Shown: positions 43,447-56,706 of the stretch, one piece after another
How positions within the stretch are numbered: the stretch's first letter is position 1
Layout of the letters: every line of letters starts with the position of its first letter
DNA from: Octopus vulgaris
Taxonomy: Eukaryota
Assembly: GCA_951406725.2 (NCBI GenBank)
Contig: OX597822.1
Span: forward strand, 68,262,001-68,326,000
Reading direction: 5' to 3'
DNA length: 64,000 nucleotides
Program-made: the position numbers and the translations under genes
The notes under the pieces: model-generated
Seen by the model: only the letters and a program-made list of their open reading frames with translations
What the model was told of the DNA's origin: nothing
Databases searched by the model: none

Positions 43447-44109
43447 CAGTAATTTCAATCGGGGTCCATGTGGCCTCTAGGGATCCGTATATGATTTGGG
43501 GGCTCCACGCAAGCAAAATAGTAAATTGAGAACCCACAATACTGTTTTGAGGTTCCACAAAAAATTAGTTTATATGCATTTATTGCATAAAAACCATGTC
43601 CAGTAAGTTCACCGTCATCAATTCACCGTTTTTGTTTTGTTTTGTTTTTTTGGTTTTTCTTTTTCTGTTTTGTTTTGTTTGTTTTTTTCTTGGTTGGGGG
43701 GTTCAATAAAATAGTTAACTATTAATGGTGAGATACTGTGGATATATTTTATCGGTGAACTTTCCTCACGGTGAACTTTCCTCAAGGTGAACTTTCCTCA
43801 CTGTGAACTTTCCTCTCGGTGAACTGTTGGCGGTGAACTCTTCTGCGATGAATTGATGGCGGTGAACTTACCTGTAACCCAAGAAACAGCTTGATTTCTT
43901 TCTTTAATACTTAACTTAGCTCAACAAGCTTCTGGCCACTAAAACACGTTCTCTCAGAGAGTGCTTTTGCAAACACACACAAGGAGCTTTGAAAGAAATA
44001 TCTGTAACACTAGTTTTTAAAACATCGAATGCTGATTGGGTGGGGTCCACCAGAATAAAACATTAATCAAAGAGATCCATAGGTAAAAAAAAATGGTTGA
44101 AAACCATTG
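43447..44109. mobile_element. hAT-like MITE with an 8-bp TSD, containing a nested inverted-repeat element
   Basis: Termini CAGTAATTTCAATC and GGTTGAAAACCATTG. ATGTAAAC at 43439-43446 and 44110-44117. GG(G/A)TCC subterminal repeats. Confidence 0.8.
43600..43880. mobile_element. Nested DNA element with inverted ends and about seven 16-17 bp GGTGAAC subterminal tandem repeats
   Basis: GTAAGTTCACCGTCATCAATTCACCG pairs with CGATGAATTGATGGCGGTGAACTTAC; repeats GGTGAACTTTCCTCAC span 43754-43870. Confidence 0.7.
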
Positions 44110-44967
44110 ATGTAAACAGATCTTGTGAGGTTTGAAGAGTGTGGGTAAATGACACTTGTATGCAGAAAGTTTAGAAAGAATGAAATGTAAATGCTTTAAA
44201 ATGTACCGTCAAGTTGTTCATTAATGTATGAGTGTGTATGGAATGTATTGCGATTGTTCAGACGACAAAAAGCTGGGTGAGGGGAGTTTCTATGGTCCAG
44301 AGGAAAACACTATACATCGTTCAGATTGGTTTTTCACTAGTTAACAGTGGTCAGTTAATGCACCGTAGCATAATCTAGCCAGAGTATTTGATACAAAGCG
44401 ATAACTTGAGTTTAGTTCTTATACTGAGAGAGAATAATTCAATAACCTGAAAAAGTGTTATTGACAAATGATAATAAAGCACTCTCGCATGCTGATGAGG
44501 CCTGAAAATACACTCTATGTTCATAAAATATTCCACATTCTAACACAGTCAAACAGGTCGCTTAATGGATGTAAGTCCGAGATCACGTCGTGCTGCCACT
44601 AAAAGAAAAACTTTTTACTATCAATATAAAAAAAATCCAGCTACTGTGGTATCCTTTGGAATAGATCAGTTGGCTGCAACCTCCCTACCTACGGGAACAG
44701 TAACAAGCAATACTCAGAGTACCGAATACTCCCGCTAAGCATGTTGCAACCCATTATGTGATCGCTCTCGACCAATGAAAATTGATCGACATGAGCCATT
44801 CGAGATATGCTTATACATTTTTGTCACCTGAATGAGTGCATGTAGTGAGCCCCTTTGTCTGGCGACGAAGTTAATTATCAGCCATTTTTTCAAAACAAAT
44901 ATACTTTACTGTATGAATTGAGTACGCTTTATCACTTTTGTATATCCAAGGGTACATATATTATTAA

Positions 44968-45010
<43 letters not shown>

Positions 45011-45013
<3 letters not shown>

Positions 45014-45580
45014 TTTACTTTTGCTTTACATTTGTACAAGTTGGCTCCAAGTCTCACCCAGAGACCTCAAGAGATAACAAGTTGGAAGTTCATGTTGGTG
45101 TTATGCCTAGGGTGCCCTATATTTGGTTTTATACATAGTGTTGTTCTAGAGAATGTTTAAAAAAAAACATAAGAAAATTATGTTTGTTTTAAAACTTGGG
45201 ATTATATAGAAAGTATTTTGCGTAGGATATGTGCAGTTTCCATGAGCACTATCTTTTGAATTTCTGCCATTTTGGGGTTTCCTGGTATCTGGGCTAGGTA
45301 GCAATCAGCCCCTTTTGCTATCATTCCCAGGGCACCTATGACAACAGGTATTGTTTTAGTCTTCAGGTTCCACATTTTGCTGATTTCTATTTCAAGATCT
45401 TTATATTTGCTCAGTTTTTGGTAGGTCTTAACAGATATGTTTATATCGATTGGGACAGTCATATCAATGAGGAGGCATGATTTTTGTCTGAAGTCTTTCA
45501 GTATGATGTCTGGTCAATTCGCATCTATCTTTCTGTCAGTTTGAATGGTGAAGTTCCAGAGGAGTGAGATGTGATCATTT
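45011..45580 (-). mobile_element. 5'-truncated R4/Dong-like copy (fourth family)
   Basis: LLWNFTIQTDRKIDAN*PDII..IDMTVP..KLSKYKDLEIEISKMWNLKTKTIPVVIGALGMI..AHILRKILSI*. The 3' end runs into (TAA)n at 44968-45010. Confidence 0.9.
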
Positions 45581-45656
45581 TATTAAAGTTAGACATGGCC
45601 TAGGCCAATCATTGACCGAAGCGTATCTGAGTTAACCAAGCTATCTATCTCTACCG

Positions 45657-45749
<93 letters not shown>

Positions 45750-45946
45750 GAGATGAATTACAGAAAATGAATTGAACGAATGCTATAGAATTCCAGAATT
45801 CCAGTAACAGAACTATTCCCGTCGTACGATGCCAGTCGGTAGCCAATACCTCTGAACGAACTATATATAGCATACTACAAGGTTTTTGTCCACATTTTAT
45901 TCAACTATATATAAATACACACACACACATTGAAAGTAAGACAGAC

Positions 45947-46013
<67 letters not shown>

Positions 46014-46019
46014 CAGACT

Positions 46020-46070
<51 letters not shown>

Positions 46071-46685
46071 GGACAGACATAAACGTGTGTATATGTATGA
46101 TTATATATACATGTATGTATTATACATACCATAGCTAGACAAATCATGTCGGATTAATGTTTCGGTTTATTTCTCAAAATGTTTGAAAGATTAACAATGA
46201 CACTTCTAATGGCGGCTTGGTTCGCTGAATATCGATCTGTTATAGGATTCTGCTTAAACTGATCTGCAATTCTAAGTCAATATCTACTTTTAAAGAATTG
46301 TATATTCATGATGTAAACGTCACTGAGAAATTAATTTAGACACTCATACCGCATCAAATCAACAAAACTAAAACGCTGTTTATGTATTTGCGTATGTGTG
46401 TGTACCTGTGCGTCTGTGTGAGTGTGCTTATAATATGTTCGTATATATTTACGTATATGCATGAACGTATGCACTTCACTATGTCGACATGTGCATATGT
46501 AATTGCGCGCGTGTGTAAGTATCTATACATGTGTGTATGTATGTGTGTATGTAAGCTATTGATTTTGCGATGGCAGAGTTACTTTGCTAAAGCAGTAAAA
46601 TCTTTAATGTGAAACTATGTATACATATAGATATATATATATACATACATATGTAAATACATACGTACACAAGTATATATATATG

Positions 46686-46728
<43 letters not shown>

Positions 46729-46907
46729 ATACACATACATATAATATGTATATCTATCTATCTATCTATATATATATATACACATATACATATATGTATA
46801 TACGTACATAATCTGCATATATTTTATATAGGTGTGTGTGTATGTATGCAACTATGTATAGATATACATATACTTGCATACATGTTTGTGTGTGTGTATA
46901 TGTAAAT

Positions 46908-47700
46908 AGGCGCAGGCGTGGCTGTGTGGTAAGAAGCTTGGTTCCCAATCACATGGTTTCGGGTTCAGTCCCACTGCGTCGCACCTAGGGCAAGTGTCTT
47001 CTACTATAGCCCCAGGCTGACCAAAGCCTCGTGGGTGCATTTGGGAGAAGGAAACTGAAAGAATCCCGTCGTGTGTGTATGTGTGTGTGTGTGTGTAGAA
47101 AGCATTGCTGTGTGTTTAAGCAGTTCGCTTTGGAAACTCCTGGCTTCGGGTTCAGACCCACTGCGCGCCATCCTAGGTAAGTGTCTTCTTCCCTGCTCCC
47201 TGGCCTGAACCAACTGATTCCTTGTCAGTTAATTTGGTAGACAGAAAGTGTATGGAATCTCGCCGTATGTAAATATACGTATATGTATGTATGTCTTTGT
47301 GTTATAGTTTGTCCCCCATCACCGCTTGACAACTTGTATCGGTTTTGCTTACGTTCCCACAATGTAGCAGTTCGACAAATGAAACTGATAGAATAAATAC
47401 CAATATTTGTAAAATATCTGCAAGAATCGGTTTCACGTAACCGACCAGGCTATGAGATGCTGTTACACATCGCTGGTCACAATGCGTTTTGCATTTTTTA
47501 GCCTTCAAATAACGCCACTCCACAGGCTACGCGAGCAACCAGCATTCCACCCTGATCGAAAGGGGGACTGGAGCAACGTGAAAGGAAGTGTTTTGCTCAA
47601 GAACACAACACACCGCTTAATCAGGGAATCGAACCCACGATCAAGCGATCGTCTGTGCAGCAGCCTAGCCACTAGGTCACGCGCCTAATACGTGTATATG

Positions 47701-47738
<38 letters not shown>

Positions 47739-47960
47739 TACATACATACATACATTATATATATACGTATACACCACGGGATCTGCTACATTGTTTCTGT
47801 CTGTTCCAGTCATTCGGCTGCGGTCATGCCGGAGCACCGTTTTGAAGGGTATAAACCGATTCTTGCAGATATTTTATAAATGTCTGTATTAATTCCATCG
47901 GTGTCTTTTGTCGAACCGCTAAGTTGTGGGGACGTAAGCAAAACCAACAAAAGTATTGGT
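46908..47960. mobile_element. SINE cluster: A head half (46908-47070, +), diverged A (47100-47420, +), C fragment (47540-47685, -) and A tail half (47790-47960, -)
   Basis: Each segment aligns by eye with the family copies described above. Confidence 0.75.
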
Positions 47961-48072
47961 CAAGCACAAGCAATACTGTAGATGATAGTGGCCAATGATG
48001 CCATGAACCCAGAGCCATGTGGCTAAGAGGCGAACTTTTAAACAAACGGTAGTTAGTGAACTTTTATAAGTA

Positions 48073-48125
<53 letters not shown>

Positions 48126-48556
48126 ATGCATATGTATTTATGTATGTATGTATGCCTGTATGTATACATATATATATACACACAAACACGCGCACCTGCA
48201 CGCATATATATATATGTAGTAAAACTGTCGGTTAATACATCTACGACATAAACCTGAAGATTGCGAAAAGCATGAAAGTACTGTATAATAGTAATACAAA
48301 AATTAAAACATGAAAACCAGTCTATGATGGAATTTCATGGACTAATCTTCTTATTCATACACACATACACACACACATACACATATATATGTATGTATAT
48401 ATATATATATATATATGTATGCATATCGGTATGCATACGACGTTTGTATGTATGCAGAGTTATATAGACTTCAAGAGAGAGGGGGGAGAGGAGGGCATGA
48501 AACAAACAAGCGAAGAATGTGAGGAATAGAATGGCATGCAAATCAGGTAGACAGGC

Positions 48557-48668
<112 letters not shown>

Positions 48669-49646
48669 GAACAGATAGAAACATACATACATTCATTTAT
48701 ACATATATGCATACAATCATTTATACATGCATAGATGCATAAATAAATTCATACATACATATATTCATACATACATACATACATACATACATACATACAT
48801 ACATACATACATACATACATACATACATACATACAGTCATACATATATACATACAAACATACATACAAACATAGAAACTTGCATACATATATACATACAA
48901 ACATACATGCATACAAACATACATGCATACATTCAAACATACAAACATACATACATACATACATACATACATACATACAAACATACATACACACATTTGC
49001 ATCTACCTATGCGTGTATGCATAGGAATATATGTATATGAAATTGTGTGCAACTGGTGACTGAGTGTACGTACATATTACTGTTCGTATGTGTGTGTATG
49101 AGTGTGTGTGTGTGTGTGTGTGTGTGTAAACGTTGCTTGTGTGTGTGTGTGTAAACGTCGCTTGTGTAAGTGTTTATTAATATATGTATATATATGTACA
49201 TATGACACGATGAAATGCGCTTTAAAGATTGAAAAGTTGGAATAATTTACCGGTTTTACAACAAACAACACAGTAAATTTATTCAGTTCACTGGAAGTTG
49301 CTGTGTTGCATTATTATAAAACCAAATTATTTCCACCTCTATTTAGGATGACTGCTCAATAATACTTCCTTCCTTCCATGTTCACTTCAATCTTCTGACA
49401 GCCTTAAACCACCCCCCACGAAAATAATAATAAAACATGTACAAATGTAAGAAAATCCTTAGTTTTGTTTAGAATTCACGGGTGACTTTATTGATTGACA
49501 CCGCTGTGTGCAACAAGATAAAACTCCGTTTTAGGGGAAAGACATTTATCAAAATTAGAATTATCTTCACAGTAAAAAAAAAGAGGAGATAAAAAAAAAA
49601 CAGAGTAAATTCATATATATGTACGTGTGTGCATCTTTATGCATGC

Positions 49647-49788
<142 letters not shown>

Positions 49789-49812
49789 ACGTGTGTGCAT
49801 CTTTATGTATGC

Positions 49813-49890
<78 letters not shown>

Positions 49891-50043
49891 ACATATATAT
49901 TCATAAACGTGCACTTACATGTGTGTATATACATATTTATATATGTACCTATACATGTACCTGTGTGTGTATACATATTATATATGTATATATGTGTATG
50001 TGTGTACATATTTATAGGTGTATCTCTCTCTCTCTCTCTCTCT

Positions 50044-50084
<41 letters not shown>

Positions 50085-50923
50085 ATATATATATATATAT
50101 ACATACATACATACATACATACATACATACATACATACATACGTACGTACGTACATACATACATACACAGATCTATAAACAGACACAGACATACATAAAT
50201 ACAAGCATCATATACACATACACACATGTATACATGTGTTGATACGTATGTATATGTATGTATATATATATTATATGCGCTTGTGGGTGTGGGTGGGTGC
50301 ACATATTTATATATGTATCTATGTCTGTGTGTGACTGTGTATTTATATATGTACCTATGTGTGTGTATATGTGTGTATAGACGTATGTGTTTAGGACTAG
50401 GAACAATATATGTATATATTCGTGTGTGTGATTGACCGTGTGTGCGTGTATATATATATAGGTGTATGTGTGTATGTATGCATATATATATATACATACG
50501 TATCAACACATGTATACATGTGTGTATGTGTATACGATGCTTGTATTTCTGTATGTCTGTGTCTGTCTGTATATATGTGTATGTATGTACGCATGTATGT
50601 ATGTATGAACCTATGTATGTTTGTATAAACGCATGTATAAATATAAAAACGGTAGACATTTACTTTATTCTTATTTTTAGCAGAAAGACAATTCTAATTT
50701 TGATGAATGTCTTTTTTCTTAGCACTCACTATTATCTTGTTCCATCCACACAGCGACCGCGTCAGTCGTACTTTTTAATCGAGTTTGTAAGCTTATACGT
50801 ATATTATATGTGCCAGTGTGTACGCATATGTGTCTGCATGCACACGTTTTTGTGTTTACACACACAGAGATTTATTTTTGTATATAATTAACTACAGCTA
50901 GCTAGCAGGAGAAAAAGAAAGCT

Positions 50924-51011
<88 letters not shown>

Positions 51012-51164
51012 ACATGTGTGTCCTTACACACACACACACACATATGTATATACATGTATATATATATATTTATATGTATATATATAAATATATATATACA
51101 CAAAATCACACATTCATACATACATACATACATACATACATACATACATACATACATACATACA

Positions 51165-51196
<32 letters not shown>

Positions 51197-51214
51197 AGTA
51201 TTTTGTGGGTTTTA

Positions 51215-51910
51215 GTTTGTTAATAAGAGTAGCCCGTCGTCCCCATATATTCCACTTGAGTCGGATGGAAATTTCGTGTGTAAGTTTTCTAATATGTGAA
51301 GACAAACGATGTCGCTTACCTCTGCCAAGTCCTTAGATCCCATGCTTACATCAAGCGGTTCTTTAATGTTCCTTCTTAATTTAGAAAGCGCTGTTGTGGA
51401 AGAGGAGCGATTTTCTTGCTTGTAATATTGTTTCCAATTCGGTATCGTTTATTGTGGCTATGGTTTTAGCGAAGTTTAAAACAACTATAAGTATAGGTTT
51501 TGTTACTGACGCATAATAACCGGTGTCAAACTGGAAGAAATGGCATTCATCTTTCTTTGGGATTTGGTTGAACTAATCTATTACTTTGTAAGTGTTATTA
51601 CAGAGGTGTAACATCGAATTTGTTCTTATTTTCGGTGCAAATTTGTCTATATATTTTTTCTTATTATTTTTGCTAATGATGCCTATGTCCGTTTCGAAGG
51701 ATTTAGTCGTCTGACGGATGGGCTGCTATTGAAGTTTGGTTTGAGGTCTTTCATGGTTTTATATATATATAGTACAAAGTAAGATAGGTTTTATGGGGGT
51801 GATGTATATTGTTTTGTTCGATTTTCATGTTCCTACTTGTATAATTAATAAATAATATGAAATTGTAATATCCGTAAGTTGGTGGTCGAAATGAATTTGT
51901 TCCTCCATTT
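51215..51910 (-). mobile_element. Penelope-like element reverse transcriptase remnant
   Basis: Minus strand gives TMKDLKPNFNSSPSVRRLNPSK..FFQFD..LQARKSLLF..DVSMGSKDLAEVSDIVCLHIL..GIYGDDGL, matching PLE RT motifs (KDHK..RLINP, FDI, MGS, YRDDG). Contains stops and frameshifts. Confidence 0.8.
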
Positions 51911-51916
51911 TCTTAT

Positions 51917-51956
<40 letters not shown>

Positions 51957-51958
<2 letters not shown>

Positions 51959-52360
51959 CGTAGGAGTGGCTGTGTGGTAAGTAGCTTGCTTACGAATCAC
52001 ATGGTTGCGGGTTCAGTCCCACTGCGTGGCACCTTGGGCAAGTGTCTTCTACTATAGCCTCGGGCTGACCAAAGCCTTGTGAGTGGATTTGGTAGACGGA
52101 AACTGAAAGAAGTCTCTCGTATATACGTATATATATGTGTATGTGTGTGCTTGTGTGTCTGTGTTTGTTTCCCCCCAACATCGCTTGACAACCGATGCTG
52201 GTGTGTTTGCATCTCCGTAACCTAGCGGTTCGGCAAAAGAGACCGATAGAATAAGTTCTAGGCTTACATAGAATAAGTCCCGGGGTCGATTTGCTTGATT
52301 AAAAGCGGTGCTCCAGCATGGTCACAGTCAAATTACTGAAACAAGTAAAAGAGTAAAGAG
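51957..52360 (+). mobile_element. SINE family A, full length
   Basis: Collinear with 93-501. Confidence 0.93.
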
Positions 52361-52739
52361 ATATATGGGGGTGCAAGAGAGTAGGGTGGTGAATGTATGA
52401 GTATGTGTGTACACGAATCCAATTAAGTATGCGTGCATAAACATACTTGCAGCAAAAGCTTGTATGGTTTGAGTACATATACATATAACACAACCAAACA
52501 CGTAAATATGCGTGTTGATGGTTGCGCTTTGATATATATGTGGTGATAAGTGGAGTATCACAAGACAACGTTCTGGATCTCCTTGATCCTCATGTTGCTG
52601 TCACACATGACAGAAATATATAACCAGAGATAATCAGCAGATCTCCTCGTGTCGCTAATCTGACACTCTCTATGGAGTAGAAGTAATAGAATAAATGGCA
52701 AACAAATGCAGTAATCGATTGAGACAACATTATTATAAA

Positions 52740-53080
52740 CAAGCATTGAAGCGTCGGGTTAACTTGATTTATGTTTAGAAATTGAGAAAATCTTGAACGC
52801 AGGGGGAATAGCTGTGAGAATAGCTTTAAGAAAATCGGGTTTAAAAAATCCCCTAAAGACAGATAAAAGTGGCCAACGGCCGTTAGAGAGAATAAAACTC
52901 TGTGTCTCTCAAATTGCGAGAGTTCGACTCTCTGTAGCCACCGTTTGTTACTTTTTCTGTCTTTAAAGTTATTTTTACACGATTTTCTTAAAGCTGCTTT
53001 GACAGTTATTCTCCTGCGTGCGAGATTTTCTTAATTTCTGAAAGTATACCAAAATCGATTAATTCAACGATTCGCTTGCG
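52740..53080. repeat. Diverged ~160-bp-arm palindrome (MITE-like foldback)
   Basis: AGAAATTGAGAAAATCTTGAACGCAGG..GCTTTAAGAAAATCG..TAAAGACAGA pairs with TCTGTCTTTA..CGATTTTCTTAAAGC..CCTGCGTGCGAGATTTTCTTAATTTCT. Confidence 0.8.
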
Positions 53081-53146
53081 CTGACAGCAACCCCAGTGCC
53101 TTCATATTAAATCAGTTTGTGGGAGCTTTGAATTTACACAACCATC

Positions 53147-53855
53147 TGCTATGGTTTCTACCATATTGTGGGGTTTTATTTCTTTGTCCTCGGGATTATC
53201 CTTCCGACGGATTTTATTATAGAGTGTCCTAGCTACAACGTCATGTCTTATCGGTAGATAATACCGTGATGGCATTTTCGGACAACTGCTAATGATGTGG
53301 GTGATATCTTCAGTGTGAACTCCACAAAGTCTGCATTAGTTGTCACATTTTACTGCTTTTCCCGCATCTCTATCCCTTTTGTGCATCAAGTACTTGGTTG
53401 ATATTTTCTGTTCTTGGATTGTAAACGCGTACCCTTCAAAGTGGGAGGTAGTAATCCGGCTATTCGTCCATGATAAACTGCTTTGATGATCGATATTACC
53501 ATCATCTCGAAGCTTTCTACAAACATTTCCATGCATGGTCTTCTGCTGATATGGGATCATCCTTTCATCTGATGATACGTTGCGGTAGAGTCGTGCGACT
53601 TCTTTGGGCATGTATTCTAGGTTATCAAACAAAGAGTGTTGCTCAAGGAGTTGCCTTCCAAGTCTTATGATGTTATCAGCCTCATTTACGCAAACTTGGT
53701 CAAGGGATGCACTTCGAAACTAGGATATGATGCAGCTTTCAAAGGCATTTTGGATCGATGTTAAAGCCTCTGCTGCCTTGTTTTCGTTTTAGGTTGAAGC
53801 GGTCTACGCCACTGTTTATGTGGAAATTATGTGTGCTTGTTAGTATTTTTCGGGT
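53147..53855 (-). mobile_element. R4-like non-LTR fragment (post-RT region and CCHC knuckle)
   Basis: RKILTSTHNFHINSGVDR..KRKQGSRG..MHG..HFEGYAFTIQEQ..*CRLCGVHTEDITHIISSC..RHDVVA. Confidence 0.85.
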
Positions 53856-54285
53856 ATGTATGTATGTATGTATGTATGTATGTACGTATGTATGTATGTT
53901 TGTACGTATTTGAAAATATAATGACAATTCACTTTAAACTGTGATAAGCTGAGCAACAGCGAAAACCGGTCCGTAAGATGTGATTCTTCTACTGCAAAAC
54001 TTTTGGCTACAACGTGCACAAAAATTTATTTAGTAAAACCATTTTATGAGAAAAATGATTTTTCTTTTTTTTTTTTTTCCTAAACGGAAAGTTTTCAGTT
54101 ATATGTGATTCACTCTATTTTTTTTTTTTTTTTTTCTGTTGTGCGTGTAAACTCACCTCGTGAAAATGTACACCAACATTTTTACAGCAAAATTCATATT
54201 TAAACGTTTATGCGAAAAATCTAATTTTGTGTTTTTAATTTCACATGCATAAATGTTAAAATATAAAACTTGTTCTATTCAAATA

Positions 54286-54347
<62 letters not shown>

Positions 54348-54350
54348 GTT

Positions 54351-54398
<48 letters not shown>

Positions 54399-54523
54399 GA
54401 TTTTGCACATTTTCCACGTTTCTTAGTTTTCCTACACACACATATACACTCACATATATAAGTGCGTATATCTGTATGTATATATATATATATGTGTGTG
54501 TGTGTGTATATGTATTTATGTAT

Positions 54524-54559
<36 letters not shown>

Positions 54560-54586
54560 CACTTATATACATATATACACAATTAC

Positions 54587-54643
<57 letters not shown>

Positions 54644-54936
54644 TGTATTTATACATTATCCATGCTTTTATAGAGCTGCACGCCACTGTTGTATGTGTGT
54701 GTGCGTGCATGCGTGCGTGTGTGTGTAAGAGAGAGAGAGAGAGTGCGCGTGCGCACACGTACGTCGCGTTACTGCTACACGTACGCAGAGATTCTAGACA
54801 GCATCTATAGAAAGGCCACTCGACTGATCGGTATAGAAACATTCACAAGCACGTTCTGGCATCTAACCCGTAGACGTGCTCTCTCTCTCTCCTATCTTTC
54901 CCTCCTTCTCTCCCTCCCTCTCTCCCTTCTTCTCTC

Positions 54937-54985
<49 letters not shown>

Positions 54986-55402
54986 ACCTCCCCTATAATG
55001 TCCTCTGTTCCTTGGTCTTCGCAGGTCTTTTCCCCGCGCCTTCGCTCATGTCCCCCGACCCTCTCGTCTCTTCTCATCATCATACTCGCTATATCCACCT
55101 CCCATTCTTGTAACTGTCCATTACGCCCAGTCCTACCTTCCCAGGACAACTGATCATTTTAATCTCCTCCACGCTAGCAGTTTCACCCGTCTTCAAGGGC
55201 CTACAAATTCTACGTAGCGGGACACTGTCCCTTACTCCCAACTCGGAAAAAGGCCTGCTAGCAAGATATGAAAGGTTCTCCATGAAAGGTTCTCCACCTC
55301 TTCACCACCAAGATTCCTTGTATTTATATCATATGTATATTGTCGCATTTGATGGCATATAAGACGCACCGCTTTCATTTGTTCTTGTCTTTTTTATCCA
55401 CA

Positions 55403-55567
55403 GGCGTAGGAGTGGCTGTGTGATAAGTAGCTTGCTTACCAACCACATGGTTCTGGGTTCAGTCCCACCGCGTGACACCTTGGGCAAGTGTCTTCTACTA
55501 TAGCCATGGGCCGACTAAAGCCTTGTGAGTAGATTTGGTAGACGGAAACCGAAAGAAGCCCGTCGTA

Positions 55568-55625
<58 letters not shown>

Positions 55626-55891
55626 ATCTCCCCTACTATCCCTCTAGCGTCTAACGTCTGACTTCTGATCTCTGACTTCTGCCTGAAATCAGAACGCCAT
55701 GTTGGACAGTTAGCTCCTACACGCATTTTTTTCTCTCCTTGTTTCTTTTCTGTGTATCTTTCTGTCGAAGAGCGTAGGCTCGAAACGTAAAAGACTTGTT
55801 TTATTTCTATTCCTGAGCGCCATACTAATACTAATAGTTTGTTTATACTCCACCTGCCTTCGTCTTTTGTTTATTTTCGTAAACCTTCTCG

Positions 55892-55947
<56 letters not shown>

Positions 55948-56180
55948 GTGTGTATATGTTTGTATGACTGTGTTTGTCCCCCCAACATCGCTTGACAACC
56001 GATGCTGGTGTGTTTACGTCCCCGTAACTTACCGGTTTGGCGAAAGATACCGATAGAATAAGTACTAGGTTTACAACGAATAAGTCCTGGGGTCAATTTG
56101 CTCGACTAAAAGGCGGTGCTCCAGCATGGCCACAGTCAAATGACTGAAACAAGTAAAAGAGTAAAAGCGAGTAAAGAGTA
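55403..56180 (+). mobile_element. SINE family A split by an insertion into its internal (TA)n
   Basis: 5' half at 55403-55570 and 3' half at ~55935-56180. Confidence 0.9.
55622..55893 (+). mobile_element. Probable Penelope-like pseudo-LTR fragment with a hammerhead-like motif
   Basis: Homologous to 61770-62015. Contains UCUUU-CUGUCGA-A-GAGC(guag)GCUC-GAAA-C-GUA-AAAGA at 55757-55794. Flanked by TA arrays. Confidence 0.7.
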
Positions 56181-56706
56181 AATTAGTAAAATGCGTAGCT
56201 GTGTGGTAAGAATACCAACAGGTATTTATTTTCAGCTAAGTGTAATAGATCAACTTTTTTGTCTTGCTCAAGAACATAGTATGCCACCTGGTTCGATAAT
56301 TGAACCCATGATCTAAAGATTGTGACCCTAACAACTTAACCACTTAGCCACTGGCCTTTATAAGACTGACAAAAGAATTATAAACAACCTTATAGAGCAG
56401 AAATTTCTTACGTTTAATGATAAGCGACAAATAAACAAAACATCGTTGTAATTTTAAAAGCTTACACGATTGACTTTTCATGTGGATTCATTCACCAAAA
56501 TGTGGTCTGTTTATCAACAATAATTTGTAAATAGTTTTTCGTACCCCGAAGTATTTTTTAATATTTTGTCTCTCAATATTCTTAGGATTCCATGGAATTT
56601 TTCTCTTGGAGACCTAATGTGTACTCACTACAAGAGTCCAATTTCTTTGGATCGTTCCTAGCTTTTTAAAAAGTGATTGTTTTACATTATTCTCACTTTT
56701 ATATTA

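Noticed and set aside
43754-43870. Regular 16-17 bp repeats superficially like a CRISPR array
   Set aside because: Contiguous tandem units without unique spacers, a eukaryotic context and no cas genes.
44488-44512. CTGATGAGGCCTGAAAA hammerhead-like core
   Set aside because: No loop or second strand for stem II, and no stem III or cleavage triplet.
54990-55330. GC-richer unique stretch that might be a LINE ORF2 linker fragment
   Set aside because: No diagnostic motif is recognisable; left unassigned.
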